64,000 nt of DNA from Truepera sp. (GCA_965218435.1 CBDCKW010000009.1:1120001-1184000); one strand, 5' to 3'. Positions 9,842-19,948 are shown, counted from the first letter of the stretch. Program-made: numbers and translations. The notes: generated from the sequence alone by a model not told the origin.

Positions 9842-10759
9842 ATGCGAGGAACCCACGCGTCTCTGCCCGACCCCCGTAACGAAACCGTCCAAGTGTACAT
9901 CAACGGCGAGTTCTTTCCCCGTACCGAAGCCAAAATCTCTGTCTTCGACAGTGGCTTTTTAGTCGGTGACGGCGTTTGGGAGGGTATCCGGCTGGACAAA
10001 GGCAAGTTTGCCTTTTTAGACCGGCATCTGACCCGACTTTTTGAAGGGGCAAAGGCGATTAGCCTGGACATTGGTAAGACCAAAGAAGAGCTGGCTGACG
10101 CACTCTACGCAACAGTTCGGCAAAACGACATGCAAAGTAATGTTCACGTCCGGCTGATGGTTACGCGCGGTACCAAAAAAACACCGTCGCAAGACCCGCG
10201 GTTAGTGGTGGGTGGCCCCAACATCGTGATTATCGCCGAGCATAAACGCGCCGACCCGGATGTGACGAGGGCGGGGGTGCGGCTTTTTACGGCAACCGTG
10301 CGCCGTCCGCCACCCGACACGCTAGACCAAAAGCTCAACTGCCACAGTAAACTGCACGAGGTCGTGGCGCTCGTGCAGGCACTTCACGCGGGCGCGGACG
10401 AGGCGCTGATGTTAGACTCCGAGGGGTTTGTGGCGACCTGTAATGCGACGAACTTTTTTATCGTCCGGCAGGGTGAAGTTTGGACGTCAACCGGGCAGTA
10501 CTGCCTGAACGGGATTACGCGGCGGCTGGTCTTAGAGCTTTGCCACGCGAACGGTATTCCGGCGTTTGAAAAACCCTTCTCCCTCACCGAGGTGTACAGC
10601 GCCGACGAAGCGTTTGTCACCGGCACCTTTGGCAGTCTGACGCCGGTCGTCTCGGTAGATGGGCGCGACCTCGGGGCAAATCTGAGGGGGGGCTTCGGCC
10701 CGGTTACGGCGCGGCTCAGTAGCCTTTACCAAGAAGCGGTTGCCGAGGCGACACTGTGA
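9842..10759 (+). CDS. PLP-dependent aminotransferase class IV (IlvE/Dat/PabC-like)
   Basis: ISVFDSGFLVGDGVWEG, DEALMLD, LNGITR and ADEAFVTGT motifs. Confidence 0.9.
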   Translation: MRGTHASLPDPRNETVQVYINGEFFPRTEAKISVFDSGFLVGDGVWEGIRLDKGKFAFLDRHLTRLFEGAKAISLDIGKTKEELADALYATVRQNDMQSNVHVRLMVTRGTKKTPSQDPRLVVGGPNIVIIAEHKRADPDVTRAGVRLFTATVRRPPPDTLDQKLNCHSKLHEVVALVQALHAGADEALMLDSEGFVATCNATNFFIVRQGEVWTSTGQYCLNGITRRLVLELCHANGIPAFEKPFSLTEVYSADEAFVTGTFGSLTPVVSVDGRDLGANLRGGFGPVTARLSSLYQEAVAEATL

Positions 10760-11484
10760 CCAAAACTGTGACGAAACGTATTTCAATCTGGTCGGGGCCG
10801 CGCAACGTCTCGACCGCGCTGATGTACAGCTTTCGTTCACGCGCCGATACGCCGGTCGTTGTAGACGAACCGCTCTATGGGCACTATCTCAAACGAACTG
10901 ACGCGCCGCATCCGGGCAAGGCTGAAGTCTTAGAGGCGGTGGATACAGACGGTGAGCGGGTCGTCTGTAAGGTTTTGTTAGGTCGCTATGACGCTGGCAC
11001 TGTGATGTTTAAGAACATGGCGCACCATCTGCCGGGTCTGAATCCCGCCTTTTTAGACGAACTGGATAACGTGCTGCTAGTACGTGACCCCGCTGAGATG
11101 CTCCCGTCTTTGGCCCAAGAACTTCCCGATCCGACGCTCCGCGATACCGGTTTGCAAGAACAGGTTTGGCTGCTCGAAAAGATTCAAATGTCGGGTAAAG
11201 TGCCCGTTGTGATCGAAGCCAGGAGGCTGCTCCAAAATCCTGAAGGGATATTGCGTGCGCTTTGCAGCGCGTTAGCGTTGCCCTTTGACCCGGCGATGCT
11301 TTCGTGGCCCGAAGGCCCCAAACCTGAAGACGGGGTGTGGGCAAAATATTGGTATAAAAACGTTCACGCCTCGAGCACCTTTGCCCCGTATACGCCCAAA
11401 ACTGCACCGTTTCCCGAGCATCTAAAGCCGCTGCTCGAGGTTTGCGCGCCGCTTTACGACCAGCTGCGGCGTTGCGCGCTCTAG
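10756..11484 (+). CDS. Sulfotransferase-like P-loop protein coupled to the class IV aminotransferase
   Basis: WSGPRNVSTALMYSF, DEPLY, KNMAHH and DGVWAKYWY motifs; GTGA overlap with the upstream gene. Confidence 0.8.
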   Translation: MTKTVTKRISIWSGPRNVSTALMYSFRSRADTPVVVDEPLYGHYLKRTDAPHPGKAEVLEAVDTDGERVVCKVLLGRYDAGTVMFKNMAHHLPGLNPAFLDELDNVLLVRDPAEMLPSLAQELPDPTLRDTGLQEQVWLLEKIQMSGKVPVVIEARRLLQNPEGILRALCSALALPFDPAMLSWPEGPKPEDGVWAKYWYKNVHASSTFAPYTPKTAPFPEHLKPLLEVCAPLYDQLRRCAL

Positions 11485-11577
11485 CACTAAGCTATCCCAC
11501 AGCGTTTGGGAACATTTAGGCTTTTTGCTTACCAACGTTGTGAGTATTCGCATCTCAGACGGTATAATTTCAGAATA

Positions 11578-14500
11578 ATGTCAGGTGTAAAAGATGAAAC
11601 TTGGAAATCCACTGAACTTTGGCGCTTTATAGAAAATTCCCAAGATAGTGAAGCAGAATCCGTCCGCACTTTGCTCGAGAGTGTGATGCCTAGTGTTGAA
11701 ACTGTTTTGTCTAAAGGTGGTACTTCATCTACAGACTTCACGCTTCACGATGAGGGTCACGCTTTTAGGGTAGCACAGACCATGACAAAAATCGTTCCTC
11801 ACGATGTTTTGTCCAAGCTTTCTATCTATGAGTTGATGTTGCTGTTACTCTCAGCATATTTGCACGATATAGGTATGACACCTGAGAGAAAAAAAGTCCA
11901 TGAACATTATGCTTATTTGCTTACAGGTGATGCTAGAGGTTTAGACGCCCAAGCGCGAGCTGAATTTCAAAGCTGGTTAGATCACCAAGGCTCGAGTATA
12001 GAGCCACCTTTAGCGCGTGGAGCCCCCTCTCGTGAGCAGCTAGAGCAAGTAGAACTATTGACGACTCATTACTGTCGTTTCAAACACAACGATTGGAGTG
12101 AAGGTTGGGTTCGGCAACACTTATCTAAGAACCGTATTGCTGGTTACTCCCATTGGTTAGAAGACCTTATTCTTCTGTGCCGAAGTCACCATGAGACGTA
12201 CAAAGACCTTGTAGGTAGCAAATTTAAGCCTCGAAAAGTAGGGCAACCGTTCAGAATCGTCCATTTAAGATATCTAGCGTGTGTACTCCGCATCTCAGAT
12301 GTTCTCGAGTTTGACCCGAAGCGTACACCAGATGTTATATTCCGACATCGTAGTGTCTCGGAAGGCAGTCAGATATTTTGGCATAAAGACCACGAGATTT
12401 CCTCTGAATTTAGCTCGGAAGAGATAAAGGTCTTTGCACGTCCGTCAAATGCGTATGTACACAAAGCACTCGAAGAAACTGTAGAACAAATAGACACTGA
12501 GCTTCGCATCTGCCGAAAAATAGCTGATGAATTGCACTTTTCGAAAATACCTCAGCTACAGGAGGATTCACCGCACCGCTGGGACTTACCTGCATCATCT
12601 AATGCTTCAGTTGAACCTTCAGAAAACACTTATGAGTACATAAACGGAGCGTTTCGCCCGAACACAGAGCGTTTGCTCAAACTTCTTTCGGGTGTCGAAC
12701 TATACAAAGACCCGTTGGCGGCAGTTCGAGAGCTGTTACAAAATGCTTTCGATTCCGTCAGGGAACGCATAGCGTATCAGCGTCTTGAAAAGTCTAATCC
12801 GGCAGACCCTAATCTCGAGAAGTCTTTAGGGTCACTGCATGAAGTACATCTGAGATTCGAAGTTGGTGAAGACAACAGCACCTTCAAACTTATTTGTGGG
12901 GATGAAGGTATGGGAATGACTAAAACTATCATCAGCGACAGCTTCTTAGTCAGTGGTACTTCCAAAAGGCAAGATATTCTTGCTTTAGAACGCAAGTATA
13001 GGGAAGCAGGTGTCAACTTAGGACGAACCGGGCAGTTTGGAATAGGCGCTCTAAGCTATTTCATGCTGGCAGACAAATTGACGATACAAACGAAGCGCAG
13101 CCAAGAGGCTGGAGATAGCGAAGCGACAGGATGGGCCTTTGAAACGCGAGGCATTGAAGCATTTGGTGAACTGCGCACTACTAAGATGTCAAAAGTTGGG
13201 ACACAACTTACGCTGCATTTGCGTAGTGACATTGTTGGAAACGAACCTTCAGCGTGGTTTTCTGCCTTAGAGAAATATATTAGAGAAACGCTATTGTATA
13301 TTCCGTGTAGATTCACGCTGAGCAGTTCGTTGACAGATTGCGAGCCTGTGGTCTTTGAACCTGGCTGGTTCAAAGATACTAATAGTTTTGAGCCTCATGT
13401 TTTAGACGCTCTAAAGAATGTAGATTGGCGACACTACAGTCTAACCAGTAACGAAATGATTGACGTTCTGACGGTAGAGGCTCGTCAAGAACTACGTCAG
13501 ATGCAGGAGCGCCAGGATGCAGCTTACAAGCAGGCCCGAGACTCCTTGAAATGGAAAGTTGTAGAGGGCACGTTTGGAAATAATCTAGGAAGATATAGGG
13601 TACAAATCCCGTACTTTGACCTTGCAAGCCATCTGTCGCTGGCATATCTCAAAATCAGACAAGAAGGTCAAACTGATTATATGGAATATGTAAAAGAACG
13701 TGATTTCATATATTTTCCCGACTGGCAAATGGATATTGGGTGGAAAGGGGTTTCTACATTATCCACAGGGCGTAACAATCGTTTTTATGAATTAGCGTTG
13801 CCTGTTAATAATTTCTTTTCGGCGATTGTAGAAGTAGATACATACTCATCAGACGTAGGACTACTTTCGGTTGACAGGAAGGGTATAGAACTTAGCCAAG
13901 CATTTAAGCTTGCGTTACGAGATTTATATAAAGACTTAGAAAACATGTATGACGAGCTGCTGCGTGAAAACATAAAGTCAAAATTCGCTCTGCTAAACCA
14001 TATTCTTACAACAGGTTCCTTGCCCTCAGTTGATGATATGAAATGGATTAAAGGAATAAGGGACCCGAAACATCCAGAAAAGAGAATTGCTGCTTGGGAC
14101 GGAGTTTCTCTACCAGTAGTTCACTACTCAAGAAGCATCAGGGGATGGGGCGACGAAGGTAACATTCTGAGCGATTTTGATGAAGAAAGGCTGTCGTGGC
14201 GTGGTTATGAAGTGTCAACCTTTCATAGCCTCTCGCGGTCTGGAAGAAGTGCAAACACTTGGCGAACGCCAGAAGCTGTGCCTGATCGCATAGTCGAATT
14301 TACTCACAAGAATACCTTATTTCTCGCAGTATTATGGACTAAACAGTCCATAGAAAACAGCGACTTGACGACCTTAATGAGTATAGGCCAGAAGTGTTTG
14401 TTTCCTATGGAATGGAAAAAGCTAGCTATCGTTCAGCTTGAAGACTCTGGTACAAGCAGTTTATCTTTTCTAAATGGCGACAACAATTTAGTGCAGATGT

Positions 14501-14886
14501 TTGACGAAAATCGGTATAGAGAACTTCGGCCTACACTATCAATAGCATTTGACCCACTGCTCTCAAAAGATACAATCCTTAAAGACAAGTTTTATTCGGC
14601 AACCTGGCTATTAGCATATCTTGCAAAATCAAGAGGACATGAAGAGTGGACATACAAGTCAATATGGGATGCTTTGCCCCAGCGTGACCCGCGCTTTCTT
14701 ACGTCGCTGTGGGCAATGCTCGGACTTGACGAATCTACACCTATCTATGTCTGGCACGGAGAACAACAAGACGGTTACTTGCTCGAGATATCGCCCGGAG
14801 TTTGGAATGTTCATAAGGATATGGCGGCAATCAGGCAACATCTACCAGAACCATCTAACGAGTGGAAACTTCAGCAAACGTCATAA
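11578..14886 (+). CDS. HD-domain (HD-CE type) + HSP90-like GHKL ATPase fusion; candidate conflict/defence protein
   Basis: HD region: FTLHDEGH, AYLHDIGM, CRSHH, LRISDVLEFDPKRTP. GHKL region: LYKDPLAAVRELLQNAFD, DEGMGM, GQFGIGALSYFM, GTQLTL. TATAAT at 11563; visibly AT-richer than the flanks. Confidence 0.8.
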   Translation: MSGVKDETWKSTELWRFIENSQDSEAESVRTLLESVMPSVETVLSKGGTSSTDFTLHDEGHAFRVAQTMTKIVPHDVLSKLSIYELMLLLLSAYLHDIGMTPERKKVHEHYAYLLTGDARGLDAQARAEFQSWLDHQGSSIEPPLARGAPSREQLEQVELLTTHYCRFKHNDWSEGWVRQHLSKNRIAGYSHWLEDLILLCRSHHETYKDLVGSKFKPRKVGQPFRIVHLRYLACVLRISDVLEFDPKRTPDVIFRHRSVSEGSQIFWHKDHEISSEFSSEEIKVFARPSNAYVHKALEETVEQIDTELRICRKIADELHFSKIPQLQEDSPHRWDLPASSNASVEPSENTYEYINGAFRPNTERLLKLLSGVELYKDPLAAVRELLQNAFDSVRERIAYQRLEKSNPADPNLEKSLGSLHEVHLRFEVGEDNSTFKLICGDEGMGMTKTIISDSFLVSGTSKRQDILALERKYREAGVNLGRTGQFGIGALSYFMLADKLTIQTKRSQEAGDSEATGWAFETRGIEAFGELRTTKMSKVGTQLTLHLRSDIVGNEPSAWFSALEKYIRETLLYIPCRFTLSSSLTDCEPVVFEPGWFKDTNSFEPHVLDALKNVDWRHYSLTSNEMIDVLTVEARQELRQMQERQDAAYKQARDSLKWKVVEGTFGNNLGRYRVQIPYFDLASHLSLAYLKIRQEGQTDYMEYVKERDFIYFPDWQMDIGWKGVSTLSTGRNNRFYELALPVNNFFSAIVEVDTYSSDVGLLSVDRKGIELSQAFKLALRDLYKDLENMYDELLRENIKSKFALLNHILTTGSLPSVDDMKWIKGIRDPKHPEKRIAAWDGVSLPVVHYSRSIRGWGDEGNILSDFDEERLSWRGYEVSTFHSLSRSGRSANTWRTPEAVPDRIVEFTHKNTLFLAVLWTKQSIENSDLTTLMSIGQKCLFPMEWKKLAIVQLEDSGTSSLSFLNGDNNLVQMFDENRYRELRPTLSIAFDPLLSKDTILKDKFYSATWLLAYLAKSRGHEEWTYKSIWDALPQRDPRFLTSLWAMLGLDESTPIYVWHGEQQDGYLLEISPGVWNVHKDMAAIRQHLPEPSNEWKLQQTS

Positions 14887-14917
14887 GCTCATTAACATCT
14901 TCAACCGGTTAGAGATT

Positions 14918-17278
14918 TTAGATCTCAAGTTTTTCTTTAACCAACTCCTGCGCCAACTGCGGATTGGCCTGCCCTCTCGTCTCGCGCATGAGTTGCCCGA
15001 CAAAAAATCCTAGCAAGCCGGTTTTCCCGCCCCGGTAGGCGTCGGCTTTGTCGGGGTTTTGGCTGACGAGCGCGTCTACGAGGGGTTCTAGTGCGCCCCT
15101 ATCTGAGACTTGCTCGAGCCCCCGCGCCGACACAATCTCCGGTGCGCTTTTGCCCGTTCTGACCATCTCGGCAAACACTTCTTTAGCGAGACGCGCACTG
15201 AGGGTACCGTCATCAACGAGCGCCACGAGTCCGGCGAGGTCTTCCGGTGAGACCTTAAACGCGCCGTCTAATTTGTGTTCGTGGGCTACGTCGCCGACAA
15301 CCCAACTCGCCAGCTGTGGGCTCATATGGACGTTTGCGGCGTTTTTGAAATACTCACCGAGGGCACTGTCCCGAACGAGGACGGCGGCCTCCTCGGGGCT
15401 CGCGCCCTGCGCGGTAAAGCTGTTAAAGCGGTCCCGTTCATCAGGGGAGAACTCAGCTGTTACATCTCGAGGTGTTTCTTGCGGACGCTTTTCCTTTTTT
15501 TTAACTTGGCCTCTGGCCTCGAGCCTGCTTTGAGTGCCGGAATGTGCCTGCACGTCGTGCGTTTTCGCCCAGGCGTCTTTGAGGGTGATGGTGCGGTTGA
15601 AAACCAGTGCGTCAGGTTGGCTGTCTACCGAATCCTGAACGAAAAACCCGGTTCGTTCAAACTGATAGTGCGTCGTACTCGGGTCACCTTGGACGCTCGG
15701 CTCAACGAACCCACGCCGAACTGTGAGCGAGTCGGGGTTGAGCTTTTGGACGAATGGCACATCGTCATCTTCAGGATTAGGAACGCTAAAAAGCCGGTCA
15801 TAAAGCCGAAACTCGGCGGGGACAGCTTCTTTAGCCGAGACCCAGTGAACGACGCCCTTAACGTCTTTGCGCGGCGTTTGGCCCAAGGTGTCAGACTCAA
15901 AAGTGCAGCGCAGTTCGGTTACAACACCCGCCTCGTCTCTAACGACCTCATCACAGCGAATCACATAGGCGTGCCGGAGCCGCACCTTGGCTCCCGGCGA
16001 GAGCCGCTTAAAGCCTCGTTCCGGCGTCTCTTGAAAATCGCTCTGTTCGAGATACAGTTCACGGCCAAAGGGCAGGAGCCTCGAGCCCTCATTAGGCACG
16101 TCGTGTGGCCAATAGGGGGCCTCGAGCATTTCGCTCTGACCTTCGGGATAATTCGTCAAGGTGACTTTGAGCGGTTCCAACACGGCCATCACACGCGGCG
16201 AAACCGGGCTCAGGTCGCTGCGGATGGCGTACTCTAGGAGCGCAATATCAACCGTGCGGTTGGTCCGTGAAATGCCGATCCGTCCGGCGAAGTCGCGGAC
16301 GGCTTCAGGCCGCACACCGCGCCGCCGTAAACCCGTCAGGGTCGGCATCCGGGGGTCGTCCCACCCTGAGACCGCGCCGACATTAACGAGTTCGATCAGC
16401 CTGCGTTTGCTGACGACGGTGTACTCGAGGCTTCGCCGCCCAAATTCGTACTGATGCGGCCTCTGTCCTTCCCAAAGATTTTCCATGAGCCAGTCATACA
16501 CCGCGCGGTTGTCGCTAAACTCCAAGGTGCAAAACGAGTGCGTTACCCCGTCGAGCGCGTCCGATGGGGCCTGCGCAAAGTCGTAACTCGGATAGATGTG
16601 CCACGCCTCGCCGGTCCGGTAGTGCGGCGCGTTGACGATGCGGTATAAGACCGGATCGCGAAGTTTCATATTCGGATTCGTCAGGTCAATTTTCGCCCGC
16701 AAGACGTGCGCCCCGTTGTCAAACTCACCGCTGCGCATCTTTTCTAACAACTCTAAGTTCTCCTCGACGCTTCGTTCACGGTACGGGCTCGGGGTGCCGG
16801 GTGTGGTCGCCGTCCCGCGCAGCGTCGCCATTTCCTCTTCAGGCACGCTGTCCACGTAAGCTTTGCCTGCCCGGATGAGCGTTTGGGCCATCTCGTAAAG
16901 CTCAGCGAAATAGTTTGAGGCGTAGCTGACCGCCCCCGCCCACTCCCAGCCGAGCCAGCGCATGTCGCGGATGAAGCCTTCGGCGTACTCGAGCCTCTCA
17001 GTCAGCGGGTTCGTGTCGTCCATCCGTAACCGCGTCAAGCCGCCGTAATCTTGGGCCAAACCGAAGTTGAGATAGCTGGCCACCGCGTGCCCGATGTGGG
17101 CGTAGCCGTTGGGTTCCGGCGGAAAGCGGGTGACGATCTGCACCCCTGTTTGCGCGGCCCGGTCCAAAATATCGGTTAAAAAGTTTTCCGAAACGAGCCG
17201 CTCCGGGTTCGCATCGGGGTTTACGGCGGTCATTTCCGGGTCGGGTGAAGCAGTCGGGGCCATAGGTGAGCCTATCAC
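14918..17278 (-). CDS. glnS: Glutamine--tRNA ligase with C-terminal YqeY/GatB domain
   Basis: TRFPPEPNGYAHIGH, THSFCTLEF, GWDDPRMPT; C-terminal GFFVGQLMRETRGQANP. The true start may be ATG 17263 or 17233. Confidence 0.95.
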   Translation of the reverse strand: MIGSPMAPTASPDPEMTAVNPDANPERLVSENFLTDILDRAAQTGVQIVTRFPPEPNGYAHIGHAVASYLNFGLAQDYGGLTRLRMDDTNPLTERLEYAEGFIRDMRWLGWEWAGAVSYASNYFAELYEMAQTLIRAGKAYVDSVPEEEMATLRGTATTPGTPSPYRERSVEENLELLEKMRSGEFDNGAHVLRAKIDLTNPNMKLRDPVLYRIVNAPHYRTGEAWHIYPSYDFAQAPSDALDGVTHSFCTLEFSDNRAVYDWLMENLWEGQRPHQYEFGRRSLEYTVVSKRRLIELVNVGAVSGWDDPRMPTLTGLRRRGVRPEAVRDFAGRIGISRTNRTVDIALLEYAIRSDLSPVSPRVMAVLEPLKVTLTNYPEGQSEMLEAPYWPHDVPNEGSRLLPFGRELYLEQSDFQETPERGFKRLSPGAKVRLRHAYVIRCDEVVRDEAGVVTELRCTFESDTLGQTPRKDVKGVVHWVSAKEAVPAEFRLYDRLFSVPNPEDDDVPFVQKLNPDSLTVRRGFVEPSVQGDPSTTHYQFERTGFFVQDSVDSQPDALVFNRTITLKDAWAKTHDVQAHSGTQSRLEARGQVKKKEKRPQETPRDVTAEFSPDERDRFNSFTAQGASPEEAAVLVRDSALGEYFKNAANVHMSPQLASWVVGDVAHEHKLDGAFKVSPEDLAGLVALVDDGTLSARLAKEVFAEMVRTGKSAPEIVSARGLEQVSDRGALEPLVDALVSQNPDKADAYRGGKTGLLGFFVGQLMRETRGQANPQLAQELVKEKLEI

Positions 17279-17362
17279 TCAGTTACGTGTGCGACAACTG
17301 AATGTCAAACGTTCGGCCGCAGTTTGTCAGGGTGTTCTGGTAGCTAAGGCTCTACCGCCGAG

Positions 17363-18208
17363 TCAAGGCCCAAGCAGTATCCGTGAGCGAAACTCCGCCT
17401 TACCCTGGACGCCTGTTCCAGCTTCAGACGTATGCTCGAATGTTGCGCCCGCTCCTGAGCCTTCGCCTGCCCCCGAGGTCACATAAAGCGTCCTCAGGTC
17501 AGTGCCCCCGAAGGTCAATGACGTGACATTTTTGGCGTCTAACGGTAACTCATCTAAGACACGCCCGTCCGCGTCATGGTGAACGACTTTCCCGCCGCTA
17601 TGCCGCGCAGAGAAAAAGGTACCGTCAGCAGCGACCGTAAGACCGTCGGGGATGTCGGTTTCAGTGGGCGCTTCGTAGATCAGGTCACGCCCGGTCAGCT
17701 GCTGGGTCGTCTCATCGTAGTTAAAGCGGTAGATATGCTGCGCGGTCGAATCGGTCCAGTAAAACGTCCTTAGGTCGGGAGAAAAGCCTATCCCGTTGGC
17801 AACCTGGGTACCGTCCCAGAGCCGTTCCAACACGCCGTTTTGAAACACGCGGTAGACGCCGCCTGAGGTCTTGGTTGAGCCGATGGTTCCGGCCAGCACA
17901 TCGCCGGTAGGGGTCGTGGTCACGTCATTAAACCGCGCCATGCCCTCTTCGTGCACCTCGAGCAGCGTTTCGGGTTGACCGCCGGGCTCGAGCCGCGCGA
18001 TGTCCGACACCCGGAAAAGAAGCAGGCTGCCATCTTCTTGCAGGGTAAAGCCCCCGACTTTTTCCCCGTGATAGATCACGTCATGCCGGCCCGCTTGGTA
18101 ACGGTGGAGAGTGCCGCCGTCAATGTCGGTCCAGTAGAGGCACCCTTCGCGGTCGTCCCAGAGCGGGTTTTCCCCGAGCGTACAGTGAGCCTGAACAAGG
18201 ATTTTCAT
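17363..18208 (-). CDS. SMP-30/gluconolactonase/LRE family protein
   Basis: LGENPLWD, RFND, NGIGFSPD, PDGLTV and TSLTFGG motifs. Confidence 0.9.
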   Translation of the reverse strand: MKILVQAHCTLGENPLWDDREGCLYWTDIDGGTLHRYQAGRHDVIYHGEKVGGFTLQEDGSLLLFRVSDIARLEPGGQPETLLEVHEEGMARFNDVTTTPTGDVLAGTIGSTKTSGGVYRVFQNGVLERLWDGTQVANGIGFSPDLRTFYWTDSTAQHIYRFNYDETTQQLTGRDLIYEAPTETDIPDGLTVAADGTFFSARHSGGKVVHHDADGRVLDELPLDAKNVTSLTFGGTDLRTLYVTSGAGEGSGAGATFEHTSEAGTGVQGKAEFRSRILLGP

Positions 18209-18299
18209 CAAGGACCTCGCTAACTTCGCCGAACCGTCGCTACTGCTTTTGGTAGGGCACATACTAGAGGCACGTAGCGAGTTGAGATAAGGCTTTGAG

Positions 18300-18992
18300 C
18301 TACAGTTTCTCAGAATAAGAATAGAGGACGAGTAAGTCCTCGAGCCCTGACACTGCAAACGTGGGCGGGCTCAGATGTTGAGGCCAAACACGCCCGTGCC
18401 GCAGCCAAACGGTCTGCATTCCCACCCTCTTTGCGCCCATGATATCTTTCTCCGGGTGATCGCCGACAAAGGTACAAGACGACGGTTCAGCGCCGAAACG
18501 CCGCACGGCTTCTAAAAATATCTCGGGTTCAGGTTTACGCATTCCGACTGCTTCTGAAATAAGGCTGAAGTCCACTAGACTATCTAACCCAGAGGCTCTT
18601 AACTTTTGTTTTTGTGCCAAGATTGTCCCGTTAGTGACGATGCCAAGTCCAGCACCTTGCAGACGCAACTGCCGCAGCACAGCCAGTGCGCCCGGTTGCG
18701 CCGTACAGGTCTCAAAAGCGTTTAACCTGAAGTCAGTTACCAACTCCGCTACCGACGCGTTCAGCTCAAACTCGCGGGTAAGCGTTTTATAGACCTCTAC
18801 TTTAGACGCGTGGCCGTTTTGCTCGAGCTCCAGAAAACGCCGGGTATAGCTTTCCGCCAACGGCTTGCCCGCGCCGTACTTTTTATATTGTTCGGGTAAG
18901 AACGTCTCGAGGGAGGGCAGTCGGTCAACGAGCGTACCGTCGAGATCAAAAAGCCAAACGTCAGACCTAAACTCACACCCGGACTTAGCCAT
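18300..18992 (-). CDS. HAD family hydrolase
   Basis: FDLDGTLVD, VTNG, KPEPEIF and VGDHPEKDI motifs. Confidence 0.9.
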   Translation of the reverse strand: MAKSGCEFRSDVWLFDLDGTLVDRLPSLETFLPEQYKKYGAGKPLAESYTRRFLELEQNGHASKVEVYKTLTREFELNASVAELVTDFRLNAFETCTAQPGALAVLRQLRLQGAGLGIVTNGTILAQKQKLRASGLDSLVDFSLISEAVGMRKPEPEIFLEAVRRFGAEPSSCTFVGDHPEKDIMGAKRVGMQTVWLRHGRVWPQHLSPPTFAVSGLEDLLVLYSYSEKL

Positions 18993-19077
18993 AGGTGACG
19001 ATACAACCTTATTTGCTAAAGCTAAGCCGAACGAAACCTAAAAAAGCTCTCACCGCCCATATGTTAAACTCGTCCGC

Positions 19078-19422
19078 GTGGCGCAACCTGAACTCAAGCT
19101 TCCCAACGTCGAAACGCTCGCGCCGATTTTAGGTCAGCTCACGTTCGGTGCGCTCGCCGGTTTTGCGGCGGGGTACGCCCTTAAAAAAATCGGTAAGTTT
19201 GCAGCCATTACGCTTGGGCTCTTTTTTCTCGGTGTTCAGCTCTTGGCGTATTACGGCCTGGTGGAGATCAACTGGCTACAGATTCAAGAGGGCGTTGACC
19301 CGCTCCTCCGCCCCGAATCGTTGCAGGCGCTGTGGCGCTCGCTGGTTGACTTGCTGACGCTCAATCTGCCCTTTGCCGGTGCGTTCGTCCCCGGTTTGTT
19401 GCTCGGCTTGCAGCGCGGTTAA
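19078..19422 (+). CDS. FUN14 domain membrane protein
   Basis: QLTFGALAGFAAGYALKKIGK...LQLLAYYGLVEINW pattern. Confidence 0.8.
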   Translation: MAQPELKLPNVETLAPILGQLTFGALAGFAAGYALKKIGKFAAITLGLFFLGVQLLAYYGLVEINWLQIQEGVDPLLRPESLQALWRSLVDLLTLNLPFAGAFVPGLLLGLQRG

Positions 19423-19521
19423 AGCGCAGTTTATAAGCTGCTTTTAGGCTAGAGTGCGGGAGTGCCCAAGTTAAAGTCAGTTCTGAGTTGCCCGTTTTTT
19501 ATTAATCAGCACCGTAAACAT

Positions 19522-19542
19522 TCTGAGTGAGGTACGCTCAAG
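19522..19542 (+). promoter_or_regulatory. HAIR-like (HspR) operator upstream of groES
   Basis: tcTGAGT-N7-gCTCAAG versus consensus CTTGAGT-N7-ACTCAAG. Confidence 0.55.
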
Positions 19543-19561
19543 CTACCTGATACAAATCCGC

Positions 19562-19591
19562 TTGACATTCGGCGGGTACCGTGCATATGAT
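19562..19591 (+). promoter_or_regulatory. Sigma70-type promoter of groESL
   Basis: TTGACA-18 nt-TATGAT. Confidence 0.75.
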
Positions 19592-19600
19592 AAGCCTTAG

Positions 19601-19627
19601 TTAGCACTCGAGCAAAGCGAGTGCTAA
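19601..19627 (+). promoter_or_regulatory. CIRCE element (HrcA operator)
   Basis: Perfect TTAGCACTC-N9-GAGTGCTAA upstream of groES. Confidence 0.97.
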
Positions 19628-19660
19628 AAAATTGCAGAGACGTTTTGAGGAGGAGTAGAG

Positions 19661-19948
19661 ATGGCACTAAAACCACTGGGAGACCGAGTGATCGTCGAAG
19701 TTGTTGACGAGCCGCAAACCACGGCGAGCGGGATCGTTTTGCCCGACACCGCCAAAGAGAAAAGCCAACGCGGGAAAGTGATTGCCGTAGGACCGGGCAA
19801 GCTGCTCGACAACGGTGAACGTGCGGCGGTTGAAGTCAGTGAAGGCGACACCGTGATGTTCGCTAAATACGGCGGCACCGAGGTAACGCTAGACGGCCAA
19901 GACCTTATGATCTTGCAAGAACGCGACATTATCGCGGTTGTTGCGTAA
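19661..19948 (+). CDS. groES: Co-chaperonin GroES
   Basis: [22 protein letters not shown] and KYGGTEV motifs; strong RBS. Confidence 0.99.
   Translation: MALKPLGDRVIVEVVDEPQTTASGIVLPDTAKEKSQRGKVIAVGPGKLLDNGERAAVEVSEGDTVMFAKYGGTEVTLDGQDLMILQERDIIAVVA

Noticed and set aside
14918..15500. YqeY extension on GlnRS as a novelty
   Set aside because: Already described for Deinococcus GlnRS; used here only as a taxonomic clue.
15275..16237. 320-aa ORF antisense to glnS, and similar shadow ORFs over groEL, guaB, the MFS genes and eutB
   Set aside because: Fully overlap well-supported genes, show no motifs, and are expected in GC-rich coding DNA.
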